Below are positions 55,943 through 64,000 of a stretch of DNA of 64,000 bases, piece by piece. Both the position numbers and the translations under genes were made by a program. Position 1 is the stretch's first letter, and the number at the start of each line of letters is the position of its first letter. Source of the stretch: a virus; the IMG/VR virus record IMGVR_UViG_3300028844_007948, positions 99,425 through 163,424 of that record. One strand, 5' to 3'. A model generated the notes under the pieces. That model did not search any database and was not told the DNA's origin. It saw only the letters and a program-made list of their open reading frames with translations.

Positions 55943-56680
55943 ATGACCAAACAAGAATCTAAACCTGTATTGTATTGCGAAATACATTTTAATAAAGTAA
56001 TAGATATAATTGAAAAACATTATATAAATCAGAAATGTTCCGATGGTATTTTTATGGAATCTGGAGCTTTTGATGGGGTGAGCCAAAGTTTAAGCTTGTT
56101 TCTTGAAGAAAAATATGACTTTAATGGCGTCTTAGTGGAGCCAATGGTAAGGGAGTACAGAAAACTTCCAATAAATAGACCTAAATGTTTTAATTTCAAC
56201 CTTTGCCTTTCAAATGAAAATGGCAAAAAAGAGTTTTTAGAAATGGGAATGCGTTCGTCAATTAAAGACACCGAATTTAATGTTTCAACATTGCAGTATC
56301 TGAAATCAGGCAGACGCGCTAAATCTACTAAAATTGTCACTCAAAAAGCTTCAACTCTTTTTGATAGCTTAAATCTTAATTATTTAGATATTTGGATTTT
56401 AGATGTTGAGGGTCACGAACTGCAAGCCTTGCAAGGTTACAATTTTAAAGATCATCCAGTTTATTTGATCATAGTAGAGGTTCAGAGACGTAGGCAATTC
56501 CCAAAAGAATACGAAAAAATTGAAACATTATTGAAAAGTAAAGGATTTTCCCTAAAGCATCATCCAGATATAACAGAAGATGAATTTTGGGTTAATGAAA
56601 ATTACTTTAGAAAAGATAAGCTTTATAAAAAAAATAATTTACTTACAAAAGTAAAAACTTTTTTAAAAAAAAATGACTAA
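55943..56680 (+). CDS. FkbM family methyltransferase
   Basis: ESGAFDG, GVLVEP, LDVEGHELQALQG, IIVE. Confidence 0.85.
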   Translation: MTKQESKPVLYCEIHFNKVIDIIEKHYINQKCSDGIFMESGAFDGVSQSLSLFLEEKYDFNGVLVEPMVREYRKLPINRPKCFNFNLCLSNENGKKEFLEMGMRSSIKDTEFNVSTLQYLKSGRRAKSTKIVTQKASTLFDSLNLNYLDIWILDVEGHELQALQGYNFKDHPVYLIIVEVQRRRQFPKEYEKIETLLKSKGFSLKHHPDITEDEFWVNENYFRKDKLYKKNNLLTKVKTFLKKND

Positions 56681-57047
56681 AGAGCATAAAATCCGACCTA
56701 ATTTTGTAAAAAAAAGATGGGGGCATGAAATATGGTTCGCCAATAACGAATCTGAAAATTATTGCGGTAAAGAGTTGTTGATTAATGAGGGTAAGCATAC
56801 TTCAATGCACTTTCATTTAGTCAAGCATGAAGTTTTTTATATACTAGATGGCGTCTTATTACTAAGACTAATAAATACTAAAAGCGGAGACACTAGCGAT
56901 ATTCTTTTAAAAAGTGGTTCTAAATTTGAAGTTGTCCAAGGTCAACCGCATCAATTAATAGCTTATGAAGGCTCTGTTAAATTAATTGAAGCAAGTACCT
57001 TTCATAGGAATTCTGATTCTTACAGAGTATATGACGAAATAAGATGA
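56673..57047 (+). CDS. Cupin (sugar isomerase-like)
   Basis: KRWGHEIW, YCGK, SMHFH..KHEVF, PH, EAST...DSYR. Confidence 0.8.
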   Translation: MTKEHKIRPNFVKKRWGHEIWFANNESENYCGKELLINEGKHTSMHFHLVKHEVFYILDGVLLLRLINTKSGDTSDILLKSGSKFEVVQGQPHQLIAYEGSVKLIEASTFHRNSDSYRVYDEIR

Positions 57048-57235
57048 AGAAGTTATGGTTAATTTGGTCTAGAACGCTAGATCATCGAGTTGGCAGAACA
57101 GACGATGATCAGCCAGATATACCTATCTTGTCATTGAAGGATGCTCAATTTAGTTTAATCCTACGAACTATCATAGTCGTCCTAAATATGATAACTTGTG
57201 GTTTTATTATAGCAAACGTTATAAAACATTGGTAA
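57044..57235 (+). CDS. Small membrane protein
   Basis: C-terminal hydrophobic helix; overlaps both neighbours. Confidence 0.6.
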   Translation: MKKLWLIWSRTLDHRVGRTDDDQPDIPILSLKDAQFSLILRTIIVVLNMITCGFIIANVIKHW

Positions 57236-57660
57236 TGAAAAAATACGATCAAATTAATAAAGGAATATTAAAACCTTTGCCTAACCCAAGCAAGGATGCT
57301 TACGAAATTAAAGTAAAAATCCCAGAATTTACTTTTTTGGGGGTAAAGAATCAGCCTGATTTTGCTAATGCTTATCTTAGTTTTTATCCAAAAAACAAGA
57401 TCATAGAGCTTAAAAGCCTTAAAGAATATGTTTTTCATTTAAGAGATATAGTCGTATCTTATGAAAGATTAATTAACATTTTTTATGAAGATTTAATGGA
57501 TGTTTATGAACCCGAAAGACTTCGTTTGGTTATGATATTTAACCCTAGAGGAGGCATATCGTCTAAATTAACTATTGATTCGGATTGGTCTGCGAGAGGA
57601 GGTTATGAGAAATTTAAAGATTGGGTCGAAAAAGAAGAGGAGTGGAACATCACGATGTGA
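57235..57660 (+). CDS. queF: QueF-like T-fold protein lacking the catalytic Cys
   Basis: PEFT, QPDFA, ELKSLK, SYE, FNPRGGI; the EFTSLCP motif is replaced by EFTFLGV. Confidence 0.75.
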   Translation: MKKYDQINKGILKPLPNPSKDAYEIKVKIPEFTFLGVKNQPDFANAYLSFYPKNKIIELKSLKEYVFHLRDIVVSYERLINIFYEDLMDVYEPERLRLVMIFNPRGGISSKLTIDSDWSARGGYEKFKDWVEKEEEWNITM

Positions 57661-58067
57661 TGGATGAAAAAGATTTGCCAGACAACGTTGCTCTAAACCC
57701 TCACTCTTTGCCTTATGGTAGCAATTTGGGGGCTCCTGTTATTAAGCCCAACTATAGTTTAGGTAGTTGGAAAACTAGTGCGGTTCATAGAGCGAACCAG
57801 CACTATGATGAAAGATTTAATAAATTAAAAAAAGATTTAGAAAATCTTTATAATGAATTTCGTTGGAATGAAATATTATACAATGCTGAAATGAAATTCA
57901 AACCAGTTGTAGGAAAAGAATATTACCTTTACGAAAAAGATGATAAAAAATTCTTTCTAAGTTTGTTTGCTCCAAATGAATGCAGTTGGGGGGAGAAATA
58001 TAAAGGAACTTTTAGGTTGAATTATGACAATAGATGGGATATTATAAACTTAAATGTGGAATTATAG
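57660..58067 (+). CDS. DUF2452-like protein
   Basis: LPYGSNLGAP, FKPVVGKEYYLY, FLSLFAPNE. Confidence 0.6.
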   Translation: MDEKDLPDNVALNPHSLPYGSNLGAPVIKPNYSLGSWKTSAVHRANQHYDERFNKLKKDLENLYNEFRWNEILYNAEMKFKPVVGKEYYLYEKDDKKFFLSLFAPNECSWGEKYKGTFRLNYDNRWDIINLNVEL

Positions 58068-58440
58068 AATAATTCATTACGATTCCGAACACGGAATGGG
58101 AGCTAAAAATTTTTATGGTCTTTACGAAGTTATTTATAATGATAAGGGTGAAATATCAGCCCATACAGAAAATCCTGAATTTATAGAGGATACTCCTGAA
58201 AGGCTAATTGCCAAAATCAATTCTATGCTTGTAGAAGCCGAAAAAGGTAATGTAAATAATTACGAACATTTATCTGAAAGTTCAGAAGAACTAGTCGAAA
58301 CTTTCAAGATCATGATAAATGATGCGGAAAAATGCAAAGATAATATACTTACTTATGGAAAAATAGAATTTTCGGATTTGACCGATGATAATGAAGAAGA
58401 TTATACAGATTATACTTTTGATATTTTTGAAGATGAGTGA
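58054..58440 (+). CDS. Phage-type hypothetical protein
   Basis: MWNYRII...YEVIYNDKG; internal duplicated helix (PERLI..MLVEAEK / SEELV..MINDAEK). Confidence 0.6.
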   Translation: MWNYRIIHYDSEHGMGAKNFYGLYEVIYNDKGEISAHTENPEFIEDTPERLIAKINSMLVEAEKGNVNNYEHLSESSEELVETFKIMINDAEKCKDNILTYGKIEFSDLTDDNEEDYTDYTFDIFEDE

Positions 58441-58579
58441 AAAAAATAAAAAAAATAATACCAAACAAAGCAATATAAAAAAAAACAAAAATCAAAATGG
58501 AAAAGGGGACGCTCCTAGAAATATATCAGCTCAATTTAAAAAAAACTATGATCAAATAAATTGGGGTAAAAATAAATAA
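58433..58579 (+). CDS. Small phage-type protein
   Basis: NGKGDAPRN...FKKNYDQINWG. Confidence 0.55.
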   Translation: MSEKNKKNNTKQSNIKKNKNQNGKGDAPRNISAQFKKNYDQINWGKNK

Positions 58580-58824
58580 TGAACCATGATGGGTTAAATA
58601 ATGATTTTGAGTATGCGCATCAGAGAGGCTTAACAAGAGGGTTTGATTTAGGTTGGAGCTACAAGGGGAGGTTTGATAGACAAATAATTTTAGATATAAT
58701 AAAAGAATTAGAGCTTTCTAAAAAAATCGGAAGCAAGTCTCAAATTTTAATTTTAAAAAAAGTTCTTGAAAAATTAAAGAATCATCCGCATAATAGAGAA
58801 AATATAACTTTAAATTTTTGGTAA
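58579..58824 (+). CDS. Hypothetical protein
   Basis: TAATG-coupled ORF. Confidence 0.55.
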   Translation: MNHDGLNNDFEYAHQRGLTRGFDLGWSYKGRFDRQIILDIIKELELSKKIGSKSQILILKKVLEKLKNHPHNRENITLNFW

Positions 58825-58825
58825 A

Positions 58826-59047
58826 ATGAAATTATCTCTTACATTACATAATAAAACTTATAGCGTCGAATCAGACGAATCTTTTGATGGTTCAAATGTC
58901 TACGATCTCGCAGAACAATTTAAAGGATTGCTCGTTTGTGCGGGATTTCATCCATCTAATGTTGATAGTATCTTTGATTTAGACTATCAATGGTTTACTG
59001 ACGAGGAAAATGAAGGTAATATGCAAGGGCATATCAGAGAACACTGA
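58826..59047 (+). CDS. Hypothetical protein (frame continues past TGA to 59167)
   Basis: 73-aa ORF; the same frame stays open to TAA at 59165-59167. Confidence 0.6.
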   Translation: MKLSLTLHNKTYSVESDESFDGSNVYDLAEQFKGLLVCAGFHPSNVDSIFDLDYQWFTDEENEGNMQGHIREH

Positions 59048-59166
59048 AGAGCATATGAATATCACGAACAACTAGAAAAAGACAAAAAGATACAAGAATT
59101 TCAAGATAATTTATATAAGTCCGATCACATTGATATGGAAAACAACAAAATAGAAGATTCTGAATA

Positions 59167-59355
59167 ATGATACAAATAGAAGATGCTAATAATGAAAAAT
59201 ATTTCATTAACCCTAAAAACGTCGTTTATGTAAAAGAGAGGCTTGACCCTGTAAAAGGAGGTAAATGGTGGAAAATTACATTTGTAAACGGAGAGCAGTT
59301 ACACACAAAGAATGAACAAGGGGTTTGTTCTATAATTAATGCAATTAGAAAGTAA
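59167..59355 (+). CDS. Small hypothetical protein
   Basis: YFINPKNVVYV...ITFVNG. Confidence 0.6.
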   Translation: MIQIEDANNEKYFINPKNVVYVKERLDPVKGGKWWKITFVNGEQLHTKNEQGVCSIINAIRK

Positions 59356-59359
59356 TTTT

Positions 59360-59436
59360 GCAGGAGTAGCTCAGTTGGATAGAGCATCTGCCTTCTAAGC
59401 AGAATGTCGTGAGTTCAAGTCTCACCTCCTGTGCCA
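59360..59436 (+). tRNA. tRNA-Arg (anticodon UCU)
   Basis: GCAGGAG/CTCCTGT acceptor stem, D arm AGCTCAGTTGGATAGAGC, TCTGC-cttctaa-GCAGA anticodon arm, GTTCAAG T loop, encoded CCA. Confidence 0.95.
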
Positions 59437-59438
59437 TT

Positions 59439-60041
59439 TTATAATATAATAAATTTAATATACTCTTGGTTTGGGTAATTTTCTAACTCTATATATTCAC
59501 CTGTTTGCGGTTCAAATATATACCAAGCTTTAGTTGAGAAAACCAAATTAAGCATATGTAATCCGCCTGATGGAATACCCCCAAATGGATTTTCTTGCAT
59601 CACGACTACTGAAGCTACTGCAAATTCTTGAGAATTATTAGAGGCATATGCTCCGACGCTAAATAAAGACTTGTATAACATTGCAAAGTTATCACAATCA
59701 ATTATTTCGTTTTGGTTTATGGGCATAATTCCATTTTGAAAAACTATTTTTTTAAACCATTTATTAAATTTTTTAAAATAAAAGTAATCAACAGATTGGT
59801 ACTTGCTATCAAGTATTAACATTCCAACATCTTTTGGTACTTTTATTTGAACAGAATTATGACCTTTTTGATAGTTAAAATGATAGCCCAATCTTTTTCT
59901 ATCAAATATTGTATAAGATTGTTCGTCCCCTATTTTTGGTATATCATTTATCTCGTCAAAATCTCTATTCAAACAAGAGGGTGTTAAAAATAATGTTAAA
60001 ATTAATAAAAAACGAAAGCAAATAAAAAGACCATCCCACAT
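59439..60041 (-). CDS. Lipoprotein with transglutaminase/papain-like domain
   Basis: Lipobox LTPSC; DCDNFA...HMLN...FEPQ. Confidence 0.6.
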   Translation of the reverse strand: MWDGLFICFRFLLILTLFLTPSCLNRDFDEINDIPKIGDEQSYTIFDRKRLGYHFNYQKGHNSVQIKVPKDVGMLILDSKYQSVDYFYFKKFNKWFKKIVFQNGIMPINQNEIIDCDNFAMLYKSLFSVGAYASNNSQEFAVASVVVMQENPFGGIPSGGLHMLNLVFSTKAWYIFEPQTGEYIELENYPNQEYIKFIIL

Positions 60042-60062
60042 TTGTATTTTTTGGTTATAATT

Positions 60063-60911
60063 TTAAATTAAAGCTTTTTCTCTTATGAAACGATCTATTT
60101 GCTCAAGAGAAAGGTCTGCATTTTCCACACATGAATAATTTACAATATCGGGGAAGGCTTTATTGAAAAAGTCATATTCTTTTGCTTTCCCAAAGTAAGC
60201 TGGTTGCTCAAATCCGCAAATTGTATTTTCGTCAAATTTTAAATTAAATTTATTTAAAATTCTAGTAGTAAATTCTGCGAAATAATGTTCAGTTGGATGA
60301 AGGTGATTATGGCTTAATATCTTTTTATTGTATTTTTCTGCAATAAAGTCATTCATGGAAATATAATCATCGTACGTACTATTCGCCCTATCTTTCCATT
60401 TTTTATTCTGAATTCTTGATTTCTTAAAAGAATCATTCATGTATTCTGCAAAATAAGAATCATTACTTTCACGTAGGAAGGAGTCAATTTCTTTTGATTT
60501 GGTAATTCCTTTTGAAATTGCATATTTTATCATCCAAACTGGTTCGGGATAAATATCTGTTTCATTATAATTGTGTACTGCTATACATCTAGTATTATTT
60601 TTTTTTGCTATTTCATCTTGGAGATACTTAGTCATTAGACTATTTTCTGTATTATTCCCGCCATGATCATGAAATACAAAAACATCTGCTTCTTTAATTT
60701 TTCTGTGAATACGATTAGCATATTCGAGTTGCGAGTTCCTGTTATGTCCACGCTTCCAAACACAAAAAGTCTTAGACCTTCTCGTAAAATATTCCAAACC
60801 ACAACTTTTGCACGATATTACATCAAATTGGTCGGGGAAAAATTTTTCAATATAATTACTAACAACACAAAGTTGGCAATTTCCATAAAAAATAATTTTA
60901 ATTTTATTCAC
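60063..60911 (-). CDS. WcbI-like polysaccharide-modifying protein
   Basis: FYGNCQL, ADVFVF, HNHLHPT. Confidence 0.6.
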   Translation of the reverse strand: MNKIKIIFYGNCQLCVVSNYIEKFFPDQFDVISCKSCGLEYFTRRSKTFCVWKRGHNRNSQLEYANRIHRKIKEADVFVFHDHGGNNTENSLMTKYLQDEIAKKNNTRCIAVHNYNETDIYPEPVWMIKYAISKGITKSKEIDSFLRESNDSYFAEYMNDSFKKSRIQNKKWKDRANSTYDDYISMNDFIAEKYNKKILSHNHLHPTEHYFAEFTTRILNKFNLKFDENTICGFEQPAYFGKAKEYDFFNKAFPDIVNYSCVENADLSLEQIDRFIREKALI

Positions 60912-60923
60912 GCTTTTTGATCT

Positions 60924-61052
60924 TTATTCAAATAAAGGCTTTAGATGTTCAAATTTTAAACCTCCCAAAGTATTTATTGTGTTTATATTTAGAGATTTTG
61001 CTTCATTTAAGGAGTTGTCTAACAATACAATTTTCTGCTTTTCATCCCTCAT
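60924..61052 (-). CDS. Small hypothetical protein (42 aa, not in ORF track)
   Basis: MRDEKQKIVLLDNSL...LFE*; GTGTA motif 16 nt upstream on the minus strand. Confidence 0.45.
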   Translation of the reverse strand: MRDEKQKIVLLDNSLNEAKSLNINTINTLGGLKFEHLKPLFE

Positions 61053-61075
61053 ATACTATATATTACACAAAAAAC

Positions 61076-61104
61076 TTGACAAGTTTTATCGATTCTGTTA
61101 GCCT
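61076..61104 (+). promoter_or_regulatory. sigma70-like promoter for uvsE (probably leaderless)
   Basis: TTGACA-N17-TAGCCT with TGn; ATG 6 nt downstream. Confidence 0.65.
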
Positions 61105-61110
61105 ACACTC

Positions 61111-62139
61111 ATGACAGATAAAATATTAGGGCTTACTTGTATTAGCGAAGAACTCAAGGAGAAAGATAAGAAAAAGTATTCTTTCAGAACTATGACTCGC
61201 AAAAGATTTAATGATTTGTGTAATACAGAAGGTAGAGATGAAGCAATTAAAGAGTTATCTAATAGAATTTTGCATAATGTTAGTGTTAGTGAACACATTA
61301 TCCATCATTGTGCTAAGTCAAACATTGGGCATTATCGTGTTAGTAGCTCTCTTTTTCCTCTTGTTACCGATGAAACTTTGGAAATTTCTCTTGACGAATT
61401 GCCCGATATTGAGGAAATCAACCAAGGATTGCGACAAGTAGGTATCGTTGCCAAGACTCTTGGCATAAGCATGGGTTCGCATCCCGATCAATTCAATGTT
61501 CTCGCATCAACAAATACTGATGCGGTTCGTAGAACTATTGGAGAATTAAATATGCAAGCTAGTGTGCTTGATAAAATGGGATTACCTCAAGATCATACTG
61601 CCCCAATGAACATTCATGTTAATTACACTCCAAAGATGGATGAAAGTTTAGAAATTGTTGCGACTAGATTCTTTCGTAATCTAGCTACGTGCAATAGTGG
61701 TGTTTATAATCGCCTTACTATCGAGAACGAAGATAAAGGTTTCTTTAATGTAGATAATTGCATTAAGTTTAGTGACTATTTATTTGAAACACATAAAGTA
61801 AATATTCCTGTTTGCTACGACAACCTTCATGATTTTTGCAATCCATCAGAAGGCAATCCAAGTGTTACATTTAATGCTGAAAGATGTGCATATACATGGG
61901 TGAAACAAACAGAAAAATTACATCTTAATGAAGATAATTTCATTGCCCCTGTCTTTCATTGGTCAGAAGGTAAACCCGAAAACCCTCGCGCTCATGCCGA
62001 CTATTTTGCTCTCGGAAATTTTCCACCCCATATTGCTATTGAAACAGATAAACCTGCTAAGTGGGAATGTGAAGTTAAAGGCAAAGACAAAGCTATTGCA
62101 TTGTTAATTCAGAATCATCTTAAAACAGCTTATGCTTGA
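61111..62139 (+). CDS. uvsE: UV DNA damage endonuclease
   Basis: YRVSSSLFP, HPDQFNVLAS, NIHV, RLTIENEDK, YDNLHD, FHWSE, RAHAD, EVKGKD. Confidence 0.9.
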   Translation: MTDKILGLTCISEELKEKDKKKYSFRTMTRKRFNDLCNTEGRDEAIKELSNRILHNVSVSEHIIHHCAKSNIGHYRVSSSLFPLVTDETLEISLDELPDIEEINQGLRQVGIVAKTLGISMGSHPDQFNVLASTNTDAVRRTIGELNMQASVLDKMGLPQDHTAPMNIHVNYTPKMDESLEIVATRFFRNLATCNSGVYNRLTIENEDKGFFNVDNCIKFSDYLFETHKVNIPVCYDNLHDFCNPSEGNPSVTFNAERCAYTWVKQTEKLHLNEDNFIAPVFHWSEGKPENPRAHADYFALGNFPPHIAIETDKPAKWECEVKGKDKAIALLIQNHLKTAYA

Positions 62140-63003
62140 GTTATGAACCCAAGAGTTCATTGCATTTCTTATTTTAATGATAGGTTTGAAAAATCTAGTG
62201 CAAGACTTCGTTCTGAAGCTAGTGAATTTAAAGAATTTTTAAATTTCAAGTTATTACAAAGTAAAAATTTACCCGAAAGTTTCCGAAAAGAATTTAAAAA
62301 AATTTTAAATAAAAAAAAGGGAGCGGGATTTTGGATATGGAAACCTTTCATAATAAAATATCAGCTAGATTTAATAAAAAATGGTGAATACTTATTATAT
62401 TTAGACGCAGGTTGTACTATAAACAAAAGAGGCAAAGGCAGATATTTTGAATATTTGAATATGTTAAATAGTTCAGATATTGGTTGTATATCTTTTAAGT
62501 TCAATAACTCTTGGCGTCCCGAAAAACATTGGACTACAAATGAAATATTTAAATATTTTGGAGTCAAAGATGCTTCTATAAAAAATACAGGTCAGTTTAT
62601 AAGTGGAATCCACATTCTTCAAAAAAAAGAGCATAGTGTTTTTTTAGTTGACAAATGGATTCAGAGCCTCTACGATGATAGAGAATTATTTACAGATCAT
62701 TATGCAAACAACCAAAAACTATTTTTTAAAAAAAATAGACATGACCAAAGTGTTTTTTCCGTTTTACGAAAAATACATGGCTCTTTGGTTTTATCTGATG
62801 AATCTAAATTTTTAAACAATACTGAATCTATGTTAGATGATGGCAAAAAATACAAATACCCATTTTGGGCTACTAAAATAAAAGATTATTAAAATGGATA
62901 CTATAACAAAAAATATTGAAATAATTGATGGCAACTTGTTAAAGATGCACCCTGCCAAGTGGGAATGTGAAGTAAAAGGTAAAGACAAAGCTATTGAATT
63001 GTT
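62053..63003 (+). repeat. 53-bp direct repeat (62053-62105 and 62951-63003) of the uvsE 3' end
   Basis: cctgc(t/c)aagtgggaatgtgaagt(t/a)aaagg(c/t)aaagacaaagctattg(c/a)attgtt; 49/53 identical. Confidence 0.9.
62143..62892 (+). CDS. Putative glycosyltransferase
   Basis: GFWIWKP, LYLDAG, NRHDQSVFS. Confidence 0.65.
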   Translation: MNPRVHCISYFNDRFEKSSARLRSEASEFKEFLNFKLLQSKNLPESFRKEFKKILNKKKGAGFWIWKPFIIKYQLDLIKNGEYLLYLDAGCTINKRGKGRYFEYLNMLNSSDIGCISFKFNNSWRPEKHWTTNEIFKYFGVKDASIKNTGQFISGIHILQKKEHSVFLVDKWIQSLYDDRELFTDHYANNQKLFFKKNRHDQSVFSVLRKIHGSLVLSDESKFLNNTESMLDDGKKYKYPFWATKIKDY

Positions 63004-63028
63004 GAGTAAAAATGAAGCATTTGTTTAA
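62894..63028 (+). pseudogene. Chimeric 44-codon remnant carrying a copy of the UvsE C-terminus
   Basis: MDTITKNIEIIDGNLLKMHPAKWECEVKGKDKAIELLSKNEAFV*. Confidence 0.55.
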
Positions 63029-63527
63029 AATTGGAGATCATATCAAAGAAAAATCACTTCGCCTTAAAAAGCGAATTGGTGAGATTCTAAATATTAGAGG
63101 GGATAGTAAAACTAATCCTACATTTGAATGTATGCTTGTTCACTATAAGACACTAGAACCTATTGAAGATGCTTTCGGTGGACATAAAATTTTCAATGTG
63201 AAAAAAGATAAGTGCAAATACTACATTCCTCGCAATAAATTATTCGCAAAGAAACCTTTTGATATTAGTTCTTACATTTCTTACAAAAATAAATACGGCA
63301 GAATTATTTGCTATTTAAATAGAGAAGATGGATTGTATCCACATTCTTATGATATGCGCCGACATAATGGAAAAGATTTACTAGAATGTATTGAGGTTAA
63401 TCCTATTGGTTTAGCTAGAGTCACATATGATTCGGGTGATCCAAAAATTTTCATTGCTGATCCAAATAATAGCAAGGTGCTAGATGTTATCATTGACGAA
63501 GAAGATGGAAAAACTAAATTAAAATAG
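63012..63527 (+). CDS. Hypothetical protein, possibly two SH3/KOW-like repeats
   Basis: FKIGDHI...GEI...FECM / FDISSYI...GRI...LECI. Confidence 0.55.
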   Translation: MKHLFKIGDHIKEKSLRLKKRIGEILNIRGDSKTNPTFECMLVHYKTLEPIEDAFGGHKIFNVKKDKCKYYIPRNKLFAKKPFDISSYISYKNKYGRIICYLNREDGLYPHSYDMRRHNGKDLLECIEVNPIGLARVTYDSGDPKIFIADPNNSKVLDVIIDEEDGKTKLK

Positions 63528-63569
63528 AATTGTCTTAGCAGGGAACTAGATAGTATAATAATAGCTATT

Positions 63570-64000
63570 ATGGATATAAATAAATTAATACAAAAACGAA
63601 TCAAAATTAGTGTCGATGAATATCTTGAACGCAATGGCTTTGAACATCATCCAATTATGAATGAAGAAAATGGTTGGATGCACGATTGGAGTGAAGTCTC
63701 CAAACTTATGGGTGAAGAAATTGTTGGTGAATATATTGATTCATATAATATTACTTTAGAGCATTATGAATCTTATATGGCTGATCTTATAAATGCTAGA
63801 CATGAAGATGAAAAAATGAAACTTGATTCTACAATTAAAAAATTAATAGATAAAATTTACAAACAAGGCTTGACAAAAGAGAGTATGCAAGACATTATGC
63901 TAATCATGTACAATGCAAAACTTGTTGATAAAATTGGAACAATTAATTATTGCTTAGACAAGCATGGTGTTTGGCTAGAAGATCAAAAAAATGAACACAT
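63570..64000 (+). CDS. Hypothetical protein (runs off the window end)
   Basis: ATG at 63570 after TTGTCT-N18-TATAAT; open to the window end. Confidence 0.6.
   Translation, partial: MDINKLIQKRIKISVDEYLERNGFEHHPIMNEENGWMHDWSEVSKLMGEEIVGEYIDSYNITLEHYESYMADLINARHEDEKMKLDSTIKKLIDKIYKQGLTKESMQDIMLIMYNAKLVDKIGTINYCLDKHGVWLEDQKNEH

Noticed and set aside
59360-59436. tRNA as an integration (att) site
   Set aside because: No integrase or duplicated tRNA 3' end is present in the window
54428-61225. GTGTA occurrences within coding regions (e.g. 54428 and about 61218)
   Set aside because: They are not positioned before a start codon and are expected by chance
1543-63634. Numerous short antisense or nested ORFs in the track (e.g. 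40315-40851, 22328-22768, 49800-50102)
   Set aside because: They are shadows of well-supported genes and carry no recognisable motifs
1-64000. Genome-wide stop-codon reassignment
   Set aside because: TAA, TAG and TGA all end conserved genes, often in ATGA overlaps; only one isolated in-frame TGA (59045) was found
1-64000. Bacterial chromosome or eukaryotic giant virus origin
   Set aside because: There are no ribosomal or housekeeping operons, the replisome is divergent and orphans are common; sigma factors, DnaE and sigma70-like promoters argue against an NCLDV
1-64000. CRISPR array or Cas system (Cas4-like nuclease at 16259)
   Set aside because: No repeat-spacer array was seen, and the nuclease sits in a replication context

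Overview
This AT-rich, densely packed window is best read as part of a large (jumbo-type) dsDNA bacteriophage genome. It has no ribosomal-protein genes, and many genes are coupled by ATGA/TAATG overlaps. A Rhodopirellula/Verrucomicrobium-type ECF sigma factor and a Chlamydia-type RNR suggest a PVC (probably Verrucomicrobia) host; this is inference. Contents: nucleotide-sugar and glycosylation genes (ugd-like, epimerase, gmd, fcl, several GTs, two WcbI-like, FkbM); RNR with a class Ic-type beta subunit; a bacterial-style replisome (RecA, DnaB, DnaG, and DnaE split into PHP, exonuclease and core genes with guaC in between); a ClpC-like ATPase, RuvB, UvsE, a C5 methyltransferase, a porin, a Cys-less QueF and tRNA-Arg(UCU). 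The most novel element is an inverted, translationally coupled cassette: ECF sigma, small membrane protein, then two [X-domain protein + atypical sigma] modules. X is an unrecognised ~90-aa domain present three times in the window, each time fused to a different DNA-binding module, and one copy is split by a -1 frameshift at an A10 run. A recurrent GTGTA motif just upstream of putative late genes is a candidate phage promoter. All family assignments come from reading motifs; no database searches were run.
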